Origin: Octopus vulgaris
Lineage: Eukaryota
DNA: 64,000 nt
Assembly: GCA_951406725.2 (NCBI GenBank)
Contig: OX597820.1
Location: 34,844,001-34,908,000 of the forward strand
Direction of reading: 5' to 3'
Numbering within the stretch: position 1 is the first letter of the stretch; every line of letters starts with the position of its first letter. The notes beneath the pieces are model-generated. The model made no database searches and was not told the DNA's origin. It saw only the letters and a list, made by a program, of their open reading frames with translations. The translations under genes and the position numbers were made by a program. Of this stretch, positions 13,618 through 28,609 are shown piece by piece.

Positions 13618-13984
13618 ATATATATATATATATATATATATTGGCTATCCACTCATGACCAGGAAGTCCATCACCGACCATTGCCAATGCAAAATGTGGT
13701 GGTGCCATTGACACCGCTGCTGCTGCTACTGGTGATGATCATGATGATGACGATGATGATTGACAAGGGAGATAATGATGATGATGTGTTGATGTAACCT
13801 AGGATCTATAATGAAGCCATCCTCAAATCACCTTAAAATTAAGGAATTCTACACATTAAATAACGTAAAATTAGATGCACTGTGCCGGTAAAAGACTTAG
13901 TAGGTATTCTTGGAACGACATCTGTTACAATTACGTTATGTAGATTACATTATTCTCCATAGTGATGGCGTGGTCGATCCATCA

Positions 13985-14135
13985 AGTGAAAATAGCAGCT
14001 AAATCTCCCTCAGATCATATACCCTGTGTATATAATTTCGTAACGTAGTACACTATATTATACTGCCTAGAGGTAGCATAATCTCTCCAGTTAGTGAATA
14101 TAGCAGCTAAATCTCACTTAAATCGTACACCTTGG
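13985..14135 (+). repeat. Old dispersed repeat (AAATAGCAGCTAAATCTC motif), two tandem fragments
   Basis: Related motif recurs near 15598, 16197, 19255, 36705 (minus), 42372, 53718 and 63078. Confidence 0.45.
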
Positions 14136-14149
14136 TATATATATCGTAT

Positions 14150-14415
14150 TACGGTGTTGCACTCACGTTCGGCCGTGGATTTGATTCCTGGACCGAGTGA
14201 CATGTTATGTTCTTGAGCAAAACATTTTATTTCATGTGTTCCCAGTCCGTTCAACTTTAGATGAGTAATCCTACGACGGCCTACCTTTCCGATCAGGGTG
14301 AATGTTCGCCAGTTCGCTTAGCCAGCAGAGTGGCATCATTTGAAATCTGAAACGATGTAAAATACACTGTGACCAGCGATGTACAACAAAACTCGATAGT
14401 TTCGTCGATCACATA
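14150..14415 (+). mobile_element. SINE family D (degraded)
   Basis: B-box-like tttgattcctgg then tgttcttgagcaaaacatttt, homologous to 44865-44990 and 23495-23768. Confidence 0.55.
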
Positions 14416-14420
14416 ATATA

Positions 14421-15283
14421 TGGTATTTTTCGGCGTATAACGCGTTTTTTTTCTTTCAATAAATTTATGAATAAATTGCTCTGCATCTAATGCGGCCGTA
14501 TTATGGATGGAATACTGACTACCACAGAGACCTGGAAGAGCATAGAAACAAAAAATGTTACTACAAATAAAACATTGAACAAAAGCCAAAATATCGTTGT
14601 TATTGGCACAAACGTAAGAAACATTGCTTGTGGTACGTTGGTATCTATATGAAGAGGTCATATGACATCCTTGTATCCCAGTACCTCTTTCTGCGGCATA
14701 TATAACCTACATCTGATATATGTCAAACTATTTAGTAACTAATATATTTTAAAGAAGCATTTGGTTATTTTCCAAGTGGAGCATTCTCCTGGAAAAGATG
14801 AAAGAACTATTAACAAACTTTTGTCCACCTGGAAGCTATTTGCAATGTGTGGATGACAACAAAATCTAAGCGGTGGTTCTCTATCCGGGTGGCCGATCGT
14901 GTAACAGAAAACATCACCGCCATAAATACGTGTCTTACATTCTGTATGATAATTATTTCTCTTGACCAAAATATCTTTCTTCTGTCAGTCACTGAACTTT
15001 GGTCATGTTGAGGCGAGGCATAATACAGTTGATCTAAAAAAAGGCATAACTGAAATATGTTACTCCCATAACAGTTTATTAATAATAAATTTATAGTATC
15101 ATACTTTATTCCAGTTTACTATCACAATAATGTACTTATATGCACATATTCACCCGCTACGAAGCCACGTCAAAATATCTTTCACTGCGTGTATGAGAGA
15201 ACAAATTTATTTTTCACAAACTATCCTTGTAAAATAGGGGTGTGTCTTTCGCAAAAGTGCGTCTTATACGGCGGCAAATACGG
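14421..15283 (-). mobile_element. pogo/Tc2-like DNA transposon, degenerate
   Basis: Imperfect TIRs tggtatttttcggcgtataa..cgc / gcgtcttatacggcggcaaatacgg; weak DDE_1-like residue pattern on minus strand. Confidence 0.5.
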
Positions 15284-15334
15284 TCGCAACGTAATGCAGT
15301 GTATACAAAGTACATAATATTATAACTTGCTGGA

Positions 15335-15560
15335 AAGGCGGCGAGTTGGCAAAATCGTTAGCACGCCGGCGCTGGGCAAGGATGCTTAGCGGCATTTCGT
15401 CCGTCCTTACGTTCTGAGTTCAAATTCCGCCGAGGTCCACTTCTTCTTTCATCCTTTCCAGTTCGATAAAATAAGTTCCAGTTGAATAGTGGGGTCGATG
15501 TAATCGACTTTTCCTCTCCCCCGAAGTTGCTTGCCTTCTATCTAAATTTGAAACCATTAT
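15335..15560 (+). mobile_element. SINE family B
   Basis: Head, B-box and central domain present. Confidence 0.85.
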
Positions 15561-15684
15561 ACTGCCTGGAAATGGTGTGGTGGTTTCATCTAGTGATAAT
15601 AGCAGCCATATCTCCCTCAAATTGTAAGCCCTAAGTATATATGTATGTGCGTGTTGTTTTTATAGATCCAAAATTAATATATAA

Positions 15685-15848
15685 GGCGTAGGAGTGGCTG
15701 TGTGGCAAGTAGCTTGCTTACCAACCACATGGTTCAGGTTCAGTCCCACTGCGTGGCACCTTGGCCAAGTATCTTCTACTATAGCCTCGGGCCGACCAAA
15801 GCCTTGTGGGTGGATTTGGTAGACGGAAACTGAAAGAAGTCCGTCGTA

Positions 15849-15910
<62 letters not shown>

Positions 15911-16160
15911 TGTGTGTGTGTGTGTGTGTATGTATGTGTGTGTATAGGCTTGTGTGTCTGTGTTTGTCCCCCTAACATCGCTTAACAACCGGTGCTGGTG
16001 TGTTTACGTCCCTGTAACTTAGCGGTCCGGCAAAAGAGACCAATAGAATAAGTACTAGGCTTACAAAGAAGTCCTGGGGTCGATTTGCTCGACTAAAGAC
16101 GGTGCTCCAGCATGGTCACAGTCAAATGACTGAAACAAGTAAAAGAGTAAAAGAGTAAGA
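15685..16160 (+). mobile_element. SINE family A (full length)
   Basis: tRNA-like head, CORE-like GGCACCTTGG(G)CAAGT, internal microsatellite, (AAAAGAGT)n tail. Confidence 0.9.
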
Positions 16161-17440
16161 GTATATTAGAGATGGCATGGTAGTTGAATCTAGAAAAATA
16201 GCAGTTAAACAACCTTCAAATCTTAAACCGTTAGTACATAATTACGTAACGAGTATATATAAAGGACACGCGGCTTAGTACTTTGTTATAGATAGCAGTA
16301 ATTTTGGGGTATATTATATTACATAAACACTCCCAGAAAGGGTCATGCTGCAGGAATGGTGATACTTAAACAACAGAGATATCTGCGAGAGTGGTGCCAG
16401 AGCTGGTTTGTACAGGAGGTGGTAGGGGTGGTGGTGGTGGTGATTGTGGGGGTGGTTACAGTTGTGTCGAAGGTGTCGGTGTATATTATGATGACGATGA
16501 TGACGACGATAAGGAAGTAGAAAGTGAAAGTAATATTATTATGTGTATATAACCTAATCAAAATGCGTAGAAAAGAGGCGGGAAAGAGGAGGCAGAAGTG
16601 GAGAGAGAAAGGAGACGACAGATGAAGACCACAATGATAGCGATGTTGTTGATGATGATGATGATGACGATATTGATGATGAGGAGGAGGACGATGATGA
16701 TGTCAATTACGGAAGTGAAAGATGAAAGCAAGCATCATTATCTAGCATCTAACAAATGCAAAGAATGAAGAGGAGCGACATGTCGAGAAAATAAAAAAAA
16801 ATAAGAAGAAACATGAGGTATGAAAACGAAAAACATAAACAAACCGGAGCAAGAAAAATAGATACGAAAACTGGAACAACAACAACAACAGCAGCAGCAG
16901 CAGTGATAACAACAAAATGATAGCAAACAAGACTTGTTTCTATTTCCACCCTTAAATCTGTTTAAAATGACGTCATAAACATACACATACTATCAGAATC
17001 TCTGTGTGTTCGCGCGTGAGTGTTTGTGGTTCTGTGTGTCTGTGCTTGTGCGTGTGTGAGTGTATTTTGTGTGCGCACGCGCGTTTTGCATGTGTGTGTG
17101 CGCGTGTGTGTGCGTGTGTTTGTGTGTGTGTGTGAATTTGAGGTAATGTGTGTTTTATTAAGGTAACGAGCAAACGGCAAAAAGAAAACAGAAAATACGA
17201 GAAATATGTTTTAATAAATACTATGTTAGTGGAAAGTTTAAAGCTTAAAAAAAGAAAGACTTAACGTTTTGGACGCTGGTCCTTTATCAGAACAAAAAAT
17301 CATCATGGGCTCTCTCTGTGTCTCACATACACACATTCCCTCGCTCTTCTACCTTTTTCTCACATCTACAGTTTGTGTATCAATCGACTAATGGATCGAT
17401 ATATAAATATAAATAAACAAATGTATGTATATATATATCT

Positions 17441-17526
17441 CCTTCCCTCCTTCCCTTCTTTCCTGAGCGTCAAATAATACTTTAATTGTTCCACGTTCTC
17501 GCGTTGCTGTGTTTTCTTGTTTGGAT

Positions 17527-17531
<5 letters not shown>
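17441..17531 (+). mobile_element. 3' fragment of family P1 ending at (TA)n
   Basis: Matches 7765-7862. Confidence 0.65.
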
Positions 17532-17563
<32 letters not shown>

Positions 17564-17752
17564 CAAAGTGAAGTTGTAGGGTACCGCACGAGTGGAGTTA
17601 TATACAAAAGAAGGTTTTAAAATGTTACCAAAGACTGTATATATGTATTGTAGCATTTTGTAACAACCAATAATTAACACAACCAAACTTTAACATGTTA
17701 CTTTTGACAATCTTTTTCCAAAGAGTGAAACCGGTAAAGTAAATAAACATCT

Positions 17753-17829
<77 letters not shown>

Positions 17830-17908
17830 TAATGAATAGATGGGTGGATAAACAGAGAGATAAATAGGAAGATAGGTAAATATATTGATAGACAGATTGA
17901 GATAGATG

Positions 17909-17984
<76 letters not shown>

Positions 17985-17992
17985 GATAGATA
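17753..17992. repeat. (GATA)n arrays
   Basis: Directly visible. Confidence 0.95.
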
Positions 17993-18484
17993 ACAGTCAG
18001 ACAATCGGAAAAAATAGTCACATCAACACACATCAACACAACATCGGCAAGTAAATCAAACAAAGCGACTGTCTACGAACGAAATCCCTTGAGATATTTG
18101 CTCTGCAGCGAGTGACTGTCAGTGCCTTATCACTCACTGCCACTGTCGAAAATGCAATAAACCAGAGATTTACCCATTGTAAACCTGCACAAACGACTCA
18201 ATGGTTAACCAACTGCAATAATAAAATTAGAAATAAATGTTTCAGAGAGACTGTTGTTATAACAATAAACATCGATAATTGTTTTTGTGAGAAACGCCTC
18301 ACTATCATATGTTTGGCTTTTATTACTGTCAGAGACGGTTTATCAATAATTATTTCTTAGTTAACATATTTAATGCTTCTTCTGTTCCGTGCTTCTGCGT
18401 GTGTATGTGTGTATATGTGAGTGTGTGCACATGTGTACGTATATGTATATGTGTGTATATATACACACTCACATATATATACAT

Positions 18485-18544
<60 letters not shown>

Positions 18545-18646
18545 GTATTGTATATGGATTGAATAGATATATCTATGTATGCATACATGCATATATATAT
18601 ACATACATATATCTACATGTATATACATATATGTATATGCATACAT

Positions 18647-18677
<31 letters not shown>

Positions 18678-18713
18678 CATGCATACATACTTTCATATAT
18701 ATACATACATATG

Positions 18714-18776
<63 letters not shown>

Positions 18777-19334
18777 GTAAAGAGAGAGTGAGTAAAAACG
18801 AGAGAGAGAGAGACAGAGAAATAAAGAGAGAAGAAGATAATATAGACGGAGAGATGAATATATGTGAGTGTGTGTGTGCGTGCGTCTGTGTGCTCTTAAA
18901 TATAAAACGAATGTTCTCATGCATAATCCAGAAATAATCTTTCACATAGATTGTAATAGTCTTTCTTGCAATAATACATCAGACATGATTAACATGAACC
19001 TGGCTATTATCAGTACTTGAGCTGGCACATTAATTTACAAATGCGGCAGTTATGGACTTCCATGGAAGAACTGCGGTCATTATACTGCTCTGCTGTTCCG
19101 CTGACTTCACAGCTAGAATACTTTGGGGTTAAAAAAAGCATAGTATCTTCGGTTCTTGGAGGATCTGGTTATTTAGGTTCCAGTTACGTTAGAGTTTGAC
19201 ATAGGGAAATCTGATTCAACGATGGAGCTTCTACCTAACCTTCAACCATTCTAGATATAGCAACCAAATCTCCTTCAAATCGTACGCTACCATATTAAAA
19301 GGAGTAAGAAAATGCGTGGCTCTAAACCTTGCAA

Positions 19335-19428
19335 TCACCTTTCTTCTATAATTCTATAACTTCGAACCGAAGGATTGCTTTGAGAACAAATTTGGTTGAG
19401 GAACTGAAGGAAACAACAGAAGACTATC

Positions 19429-19480
<52 letters not shown>

Positions 19481-19705
19481 TGTGTGTATATATACTCCGA
19501 ACTAGGAATTGAAACCACCACCATAATCTGACAACTAGCGTTGGTTTGTTTATATTTCTGTCCCTTAGCGGTTCGGCAAAGAGACCACCGATCGGATAAG
19601 TATCCATCTTAGAAATAATAAGTTTTGGAGTCGATTTGTTCGACTAAACATATCGAAGCGGTGCTCCAGCTAGGCCGCAGTCCAATAATTCAAATCAAGT
19701 AAGAA
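19335..19705 (+). mobile_element. SINE family A (degraded)
   Basis: cttagcggttcggcaaagagac and gtcgatttgttcgactaa blocks. Confidence 0.65.
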
Positions 19706-19813
19706 CGGAAAAAAATGGCAAACTATGTTTGCATTGAAAAATATCGGGATGGTCGTGGAATATCATTCAAAACGTGTCTACTCGACCATTGTCTAATTGG
19801 ATTAACCAGAAGA

Positions 19814-19847
<34 letters not shown>

Positions 19848-20413
19848 CTACTACTACTAGTGCTGCTGCTGCTACTACGACTGCTGCTGCTGCCGCGAGA
19901 GCTTTCGACTTTGTAAAATAGTAGGCTAGTGCTTTTCAAATTGTGCTCTTAGATATAGTGAAGCGGCTCAGTGTAATCTTTAATAGAATTTTCCAGAATA
20001 AAAGGCGGGTTGGCCACGGCTGAATTCAGTTTTTATTCCATTTATCAACTTGATTTCTACTCTTTAGAGTTAATTCGTAAAGGAACAAGGACATCTTAAG
20101 AGTCTGTGCGTGTGTGTGTGTGTGTGCGTTCGCGTGTATGTGCTGGGTGAATGTATGTACATATATATATATGTGTATATATATATGTGTGTGTATATAT
20201 ACATAAAGTGGGAGATGAGAGTAAAAGCGAGAGACAGACAGAGAAATAGAGAGAGAATTAGATAATATAAACGGAGAGATGAATATGTGTGTATGCGTGT
20301 GTGTGAATGCATATATATATACATAAATATATATATATACATGCATTTATATATATATATATACACGCACAAATAAATGTAAATATATGTATATATGTGA
20401 GTGTGTGTGTATG

Positions 20414-20461
<48 letters not shown>

Positions 20462-20561
20462 TATGTTTGTACATATATAAACACATGCACATATGTGTAT
20501 TTATATACGTATATCTATTTCAATACATACATATATACCTATACATATAATATATATATAA

Positions 20562-20641
<80 letters not shown>

Positions 20642-21052
20642 AGTGTGTGTGTGTACATGTAAATATTAGCACACACAGGCAGACACACACATACACATCG
20701 ATAAGTTTATCCGATGTGGTGATCGATAGTAACAAACTATCGAAACAATCGTAATGAAAGATTCACAATATCTGAAGCATCGATAATTAGTTTTCCGTGT
20801 TTATTTCATTATAACTCTATGGTGTCTTTCGTTGCCGAGTTATATCGACATTACGCGTTTAAGCCCCTTTTACATTACATGAAAGTTTAAAACATATTTT
20901 GAATAAAGATCCCCAGCTTGTACAATAACATGCTGTACATTGTAGCACACCACTAAGCGCATGCGTACACATAGTGTTTCCCCTTTACGTATCCCATTTC
21001 TTTTCCTGTCGATACTTTCTTCGGATTTTATACCTATTAAATAACCACCTGA

Positions 21053-21120
21053 TGGAGGCACATGGCCTAGTGGTTAGAGCAGCGGATTCGCGGTCGACAG
21101 ATCGCGGGTTCGAATCTCAG
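21053..21120 (+). mobile_element. SINE family C tRNA-like head only
   Basis: A box TGGCCTAGTGG, B box GGTTCGAATC; homologous to 51193 onward. Confidence 0.7.
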
Positions 21121-21367
21121 CCTTTTGTTATTTTTCAAAGCCCTGCTCGTTTACGTTAAATGTTGTGTTAATTCTCCTTGGAAACAATTTTTTAGTGGCA
21201 AATACCATAGCGGATCTATTTTTAGCGCCAGAGTCGACCATATAGTGGTCACTCTCTTATATATGTGTATATAAATTTTTATTGTATCCCTGGTTTTTTT
21301 ATGCACTAAGCCACTTGGTGTTAAATTGATGGTATTATTAAATTAATATCCAACTTTCCACCCTTAT

Positions 21368-21406
<39 letters not shown>

Positions 21407-21439
21407 TACATATGTGTGTGTGTGTGTGCGTGTGCGTTT

Positions 21440-21592
21440 TTATGTCTGTGTCTGTATATGTTCCACCAGCATCGCTTGACAACCGATAGAAAAAGTACTA
21501 GACTTACAAAGAATAAGTCCTGCGATCGATTTCTTCGACCAGAACCCTCAAAGGTGGTGCTGCAGTATGGCCGCAGTCAAATGACTGAAGCA
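21440..21592 (+). mobile_element. SINE family A 3' fragment
   Basis: catcgcttgacaaccgat...ggccgcagtcaaatgactgaa. Confidence 0.7.
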
Positions 21593-21672
21593 AGCATAGG
21601 AATGTATGTGTGTGGTGTGTGTACACACATATCTATCTATCTGTTTGTGTCTACGCCTGTCTCTCTGTCTGC

Positions 21673-21770
<98 letters not shown>

Positions 21771-21794
21771 GTCTATCGTTCGATCGATCGATTG

Positions 21795-22460
21795 ATCGCG
21801 CCTTCCTCATCCATGTGGTCCCAATCGCCCTCCTAAAATTGTATCTCCACCGTCGTGGAGTCTTTGCGAGTGGTCGTTCCCGCTCGCGCGGATACCACTC
21901 GACAACTTCGCGGATCCACTGATTATCGGTGAGCCGGGGTACGTGTCCAGCCAATCTCCTTCTTCTGGCGGGTCTCGCACAGCCCTAACACGTCGCACCT
22001 GATCTTCTTCCTCTCCTCCATAAGGTGGTTCAGTTCTTGCCACCTTGCGAAGGACCTGCAGTTGTAGATGCATGTTTCAAGGTTGGTCATGTTCCATGAC
22101 GGCCCTCGGGAACCTGTTATTCTTAGCAGCCTCTCGTCGCTCGAGTTGGACTCCGCCGTCATGGAGTGGCTTGATTGACGCGCAGGGTGCTGAGGCCCTT
22201 TTCCTTTTCTCTTCGTTTTGCGTGCTGTTTTAGCCATAAGATGACGCCATCCCACTGGCTGGATGGGCAGGCCGACATTTTGTTGGATGGCCGTTGACTG
22301 TTCAGGAGTTCATCTGTCCTTTGATGGGTCTTATTTTTCATCCCATAGGGTGTCCTCACCAAGCGACCCTGGTGGGATTGTCTGTTTAGTCGCCGACGAC
22401 CCGATCATGCAAAGTTTTGTACTGGATTACATGTTACCAGTAGCACTCTAGAGCGACCTG
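21795..22460 (-). mobile_element. Internally deleted RTE-clade LINE (5' UTR + APE N-terminus fused to ORF C-terminus)
   Basis: YNCRS...IRCDVLGLCETR (APE domains I-II) joined at about 21957 to AGHVPRLTDNQWIREVVEWYPRERERPLAKTPRRW (RTE C-terminal motif). Confidence 0.8.
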
Positions 22461-22529
22461 ACATAACCTCTTACACATACACACACGCGCGCACACATAT
22501 ACACATACTTGTATTCTTTCAACAAATAG

Positions 22530-22785
<256 letters not shown>

Positions 22786-23241
22786 GCGAGTTTCTGCTTG
22801 GGTTGAATTAAAAATAAAAAAATACCCTAATACAATTAGGAAACGACAATGAAAGTCTCCGAGATCGATTATTCTCTAGAGACAGATAAACAAATGAATT
22901 ATCCCTCATAGTACCACCCGCTCCGTTTTACAATAATATGGCGTTTTCCTCTTTATGTAAAACACCAAGGAAAAAAAAATTCAAAGATTTTATACAAAAT
23001 GGCTTTGACTTATGCAATAAGCAATTATAATCTGTGTCTTTTGTTACTTTTTTCCTTTCGTCTACAGTTAATTTCAATTGACAGATATCCTATAACTGCA
23101 TTCAACTTTAGAAATAACTCCCTAACTCCGTGTGAGTATGCGTGTGTCTCTACGTGTATGTATGTATGTATCTGTGTATCTATGAATGTAATGTATTCTT
23201 GTATGCATTTACAACTACATCTACATATATTGGTATATGTA

Positions 23242-23301
<60 letters not shown>

Positions 23302-23324
23302 CATATCTATATATTTATATATGT

Positions 23325-23421
23325 ATTTCTTTATTGCCCACAGGAGGCTAAACATAGAGGGGAAAACAAAGACAGACAAAGCGATTAAGTCGATTACATT
23401 GACCCCAGTGCCTAACTGGTA
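23325..23421 (-). mobile_element. SINE family B 3' fragment
   Basis: Matches 11112-11215. Confidence 0.7.
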
Positions 23422-23494
23422 CATATACATATATATATATGTGTATATATATGTGCGTGTGGTGTGTGTGTGTGTGTGTTTGTGTATGTATCGG

Positions 23495-23768
23495 TGTCAG
23501 TGTATAAACCAGCCCATCGGGTGTTTGCTATACTCTACTGGTTACAATGCGCTTCGCATTTCAAATGATGTCACTCCGCTGGTTAAGCAGCAGGCCGACA
23601 TTCCTCCTAAACGGAATCCCAGCCCATTACAGGCTTATCCATTTACAGCTGAGGGAATTGAAGCAATGGGAAATGAAGTGTCTTGCTCAAGAACACAGCC
23701 AGTTGGGGAATCGAAACCACGATCTCGCAAACGTGAGTGCAGTATTCTAACCATAAGGCCATCCGCCT
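23495..23768 (-). mobile_element. SINE family D-like
   Basis: Minus: tggccttatggttag...ggtttcgattccc...tgtgttcttgagcaagacactt. Confidence 0.65.
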
Positions 23769-23984
23769 AAAACGCACGCGCGCGCATGCACGCACACAGA
23801 TTATAAGTTAAGCGTAGGTCAGAAAACGAGCACAAAATATGTGTAATACAGCAGTTATAGATAGAGCTTATCACGTCTTTAATGACCGGCTGCACAATAT
23901 AGGACTTCTTCTTTTGATGCAAGTCCAACGAAGTGCCATCCTAATGTTTAAAACCGCTAATATTATGTAACTATTCCCATGTCA

Positions 23985-24450
<466 letters not shown>

Positions 24451-24723
24451 TGTCACTTCTGCGTGAATTGGTGTTGAAAACGGAAGTGGTGCAGGAGCAA
24501 TTGTAATTGTTCATTAAAGATGTGAGAAACTCTTTCTCTTCTTACTTGGTTTACATTTTACTTTTCCCTAACCCCACACATTGTTTTTTCTGATGTGACA
24601 CCTGGATTTTCTACACCTGAAGGATTTCGATCCTAAGACAACAATTCAAGAGTGTAGATAGATTCAAGCTTGTGAAGAATGCTGCTTTGGAAGCACTTCG
24701 TTTTCCACACTTCCAAGACCTTA

Positions 24724-24946
<223 letters not shown>

Positions 24947-25109
24947 CACTATTATGTAATTCAGACAATGATAACATAAACCAAATCATAAAAAAAATAT
25001 TATAAAACATATAACTAGATCACAAAACGTAGGTCACACGCACACACAGATATTAGGTATATACAAATTTGTAATAGAGAATAAAATTGAGAGAGGGAGA
25101 GAGAGGGGG

Positions 25110-25182
<73 letters not shown>

Positions 25183-25914
25183 TGAAATGGCGAGATTTTA
25201 TTTCAGCTACGAAATAATCTTTCAAATGTGCATTTCTTAATTTGGAGTACGTTTCTCCCTCACAAATGCAAGAAAAGTTCAGGATTTCAGAAAGAAATTT
25301 AGTAATTCCAGAACGAAAATTGTTTTTAGGTTAAATATTTATCTTCATTATCGTACGATTTTTTTTTTTTGGGCTAAATTTCTTTTTTCGTCATGTTAAC
25401 TTCAAAGTAGTTACTGTATAAATTATTTATCTGTTATTACGTAAGATTAACAGGTTATGAAATTACAACTTAATTAAACAACAGCATCCTTATTTTATGT
25501 TTATCACATAAAGTTAGCATGTTATATAATAAATTAATACTGTATACAAAACTACATTTTGCTTGTGGGCGGCGAGATAGTGGAGAGAGGTCGATGTTAT
25601 TTTTATATAAGGTTTTTAATGTCACACAACAACAGTCTTGTATACAAGATTAATTTTCTCTTATCACATTTATTAGGTATCCAGACCTCTCCGTTTTCAA
25701 ACAATAGTCCAAGTGACCCGAAAGTTGATTTGAAATGATGATTTGACCCGTTATTTTAAATGATATAATTTCAATGAATAACTGAGAGTTTGTGATAGTT
25801 TTCCAGTTTCTTTTTCTTTTTTTTTTTGTGGGTTTAGTTTTGCGGTTTGCTTTCTACAAGTTTGTCTTGCTTTCAGAAAATGTATCCTTGGTTAAGATCT
25901 TGTTTCTTTTATCG

Positions 25915-26075
25915 TTTTACTTTTTGTTTCAGTCAATTGACTGCGACCATGCTGGAGCACTACTTTGACGTGTTTAGTCGAACAAATTTACCCCAGTATA
26001 ATTAATTTTCTTTTTAGCCTAGTACTTACTCTATTGGTCTCAGCTATGTTCTGGGGATGTAAACAAAGCAACACC
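25915..26075 (-). mobile_element. SINE family A 3' fragment
   Basis: tttcagtca..tgactgcgaccatgctggagcac. Confidence 0.7.
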
Positions 26076-26086
26076 GAGAGAGAGAG

Positions 26087-26170
<84 letters not shown>

Positions 26171-26221
26171 CTTTAAACATATACATATATCAATGCGCAT
26201 ACATAAAGATATACACATATG

Positions 26222-26432
26222 ACGAGCGGGTAGAATGGCGATATTGCTGAAGAAATACTCTGCAGTATTACTTCTGACTTCTTACGTTCTGAGTTCAAAT
26301 GCCGCCGAGGTCAACTTTGCCGTACACCTCTCTGGGGTCGAGAAAACAAAGTACCAGTGAAGAACTTGAGACGTTGACATCGATAAACCCTCTCCTTTTA
26401 AAACTACGGGCTTTGTACCAAAATTTGAAACG
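26222..26432 (+). mobile_element. SINE family B (degraded)
   Basis: ttacgttctgagttcaaat..ccgccgaggtcaactttgcc. Confidence 0.7.
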
Positions 26433-26472
26433 ATACATACAATTATATAACACACACACACGTATACATATG

Positions 26473-26532
<60 letters not shown>

Positions 26533-27007
26533 CACATGCACACATACTTACGCACATACATCTGCAATCATTTATTTTGATATTGTGGAAACACTTGAAT
26601 GTAAATATGCTGATGAATCTACATAACATATTAGAAAAATTCCTAGCGTTCCTCCTAAAGCCGATAAAACTTTGGAATACAATTATATAAGAATGGAGAA
26701 AAAAATAACTTTATATTTCTGTCACTAACCGTATCGTATAGACATGAAAAAAAATTGTTATCATGGAAACTGGGATATAGTAAGATGATAAACACGATAA
26801 TTAGGAACATATGGGTATTTAGGGTCGTCTTACAAATTATCTAATTCGTTTACAGGAATCTCATTCCATTCTGTTTAATAACAGCGACATTACGACTCTT
26901 TAGTGTTCTAGAGAACGTAGCTCTTTACATGAATGGCAACTGAAAATTATATGATGGCTGTACGGGTAAACCTAAAGAAAAATGCCATGTATGTATATAT
27001 GTATATG

Positions 27008-27078
<71 letters not shown>

Positions 27079-27083
27079 ACATA

Positions 27084-27337
27084 GGCGTAGGAGTAGCTGT
27101 GTGGTAAGTAGCTTGCTTATGAACCACATAGTTCCGCGTTGAGTCCCACTGCGTGGCACCTTGGGCAAGTGTCTTCTACTATAGCTTCGAGCCGACCAAA
27201 GCCTTGTGAGTGGATTTGGTAGACAGAAACTGAAAGAAGCCCGTCGTATATATGTATATATCTATGTGTATGCTTGTGTGTCTGTGTTTGTCCCCCCAAC
27301 ATTGCTTGACAATTGATAAGTCCTGGGGTCGATTTGT
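27084..27337 (+). mobile_element. SINE family A (3' deleted)
   Basis: Head and CORE-like block intact. Confidence 0.85.
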
Positions 27338-27478
27338 TTTTCTGCGAAGTTACTCATAAAGCAATTTAACATTAATCTGAAGGATCATACGCAATACTTT
27401 TTTAGTAGAGTACATGTTTATTTAAGTTTCAGCTTACAAGCCGTCATATATGTTTATATGTGTATCTTTTTCTTCTGT

Positions 27479-27622
<144 letters not shown>

Positions 27623-28080
27623 AACTCCTCTCTCTCTTACTCTCTCTCTCTCCACACACACACACACACACACATGTTGTACATAGCGTATATACAACAT
27701 GGAGCGGAAAGGCGCTGTGATTTTCGTCCGAGATGAACATCTTCATAGACGTGCTTTGTTAAAAACGCAATATATAAGGTATAAAGTTATATATCAATAT
27801 ATATTCATAAAGTCAACATCAAATAGCATAATATACTATAAGTAGCAGCACCTGTAAATTTTTCACGGAATTAATGGTAAACTTATTGGATTATTTCTGA
27901 AAATTTTATGCAAAAACATGAAAGCTTAGCCTGTGTTGTGTCTGTATCAAAAGATAGTCACCCATCTGCTAATCATTGAAAAGTGAAGGAAATTGGAATA
28001 CGATGATTACTCAATGCACTTTATATATTTTATGCACAATTTTCTAGACTTAATACACAACAGACACACACACACACACA

Positions 28081-28129
<49 letters not shown>

Positions 28130-28609
28130 TCTGTTACTCTCACTCTTTGCCTTACCCTCTTTTTCTGACCCCTTTTTTCTTTTGCATGTCGCCTTTTCCT
28201 TCAGCTAGTCACGTGAAAGCGTTATAGACGGGCTATGTAGTGAAAGGAAATAAACTTAGTTAAAAAAAAACAAATTACACATTTCACTCACCATCACCTC
28301 TCCTTCCTGCTCCCAATCTCTCTCCTCTCCACTCCCTCGCCTCACGTGACTTCCCTTCTGATCCCCACTCTCCCCTTTCCTCTCCTCCCACCCCATCCAC
28401 CTTCGTCCCTTGCCTTCCTACTTCAACAAATCACGTGGATGCGTTACGATCGGGCTAATTAACGGAGGAAGAAGCAGAATTATTACAAGATATTTCAATT
28501 ACAACCACTGTGTATGTACTTAAATATAAAGTAAAATGCTAAGATTGCATTAAGCCGAAGAAGACTGTCACACCTTCAGAGCTTTCCTCGGCAAAGAAAT
28601 GAAAAGAAA

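Noticed and set aside
19017-19199. Non-repetitive 60-aa ORF as a host exon
   Set aside because: No recognisable domain or convincing splice context; cannot be supported without a search
21053-21120. tRNA gene
   Set aside because: A/B boxes are present but the acceptor stem does not close and it matches the SINE C head at 51193; the same holds for other SINE heads
24610-24660. Possible hammerhead (tctacac CTGAAGG..gtgtaga, 7-bp closing stem, 65 nt before long (AT)n)
   Set aside because: No GAAA or stem III/UH; at best a decayed motif
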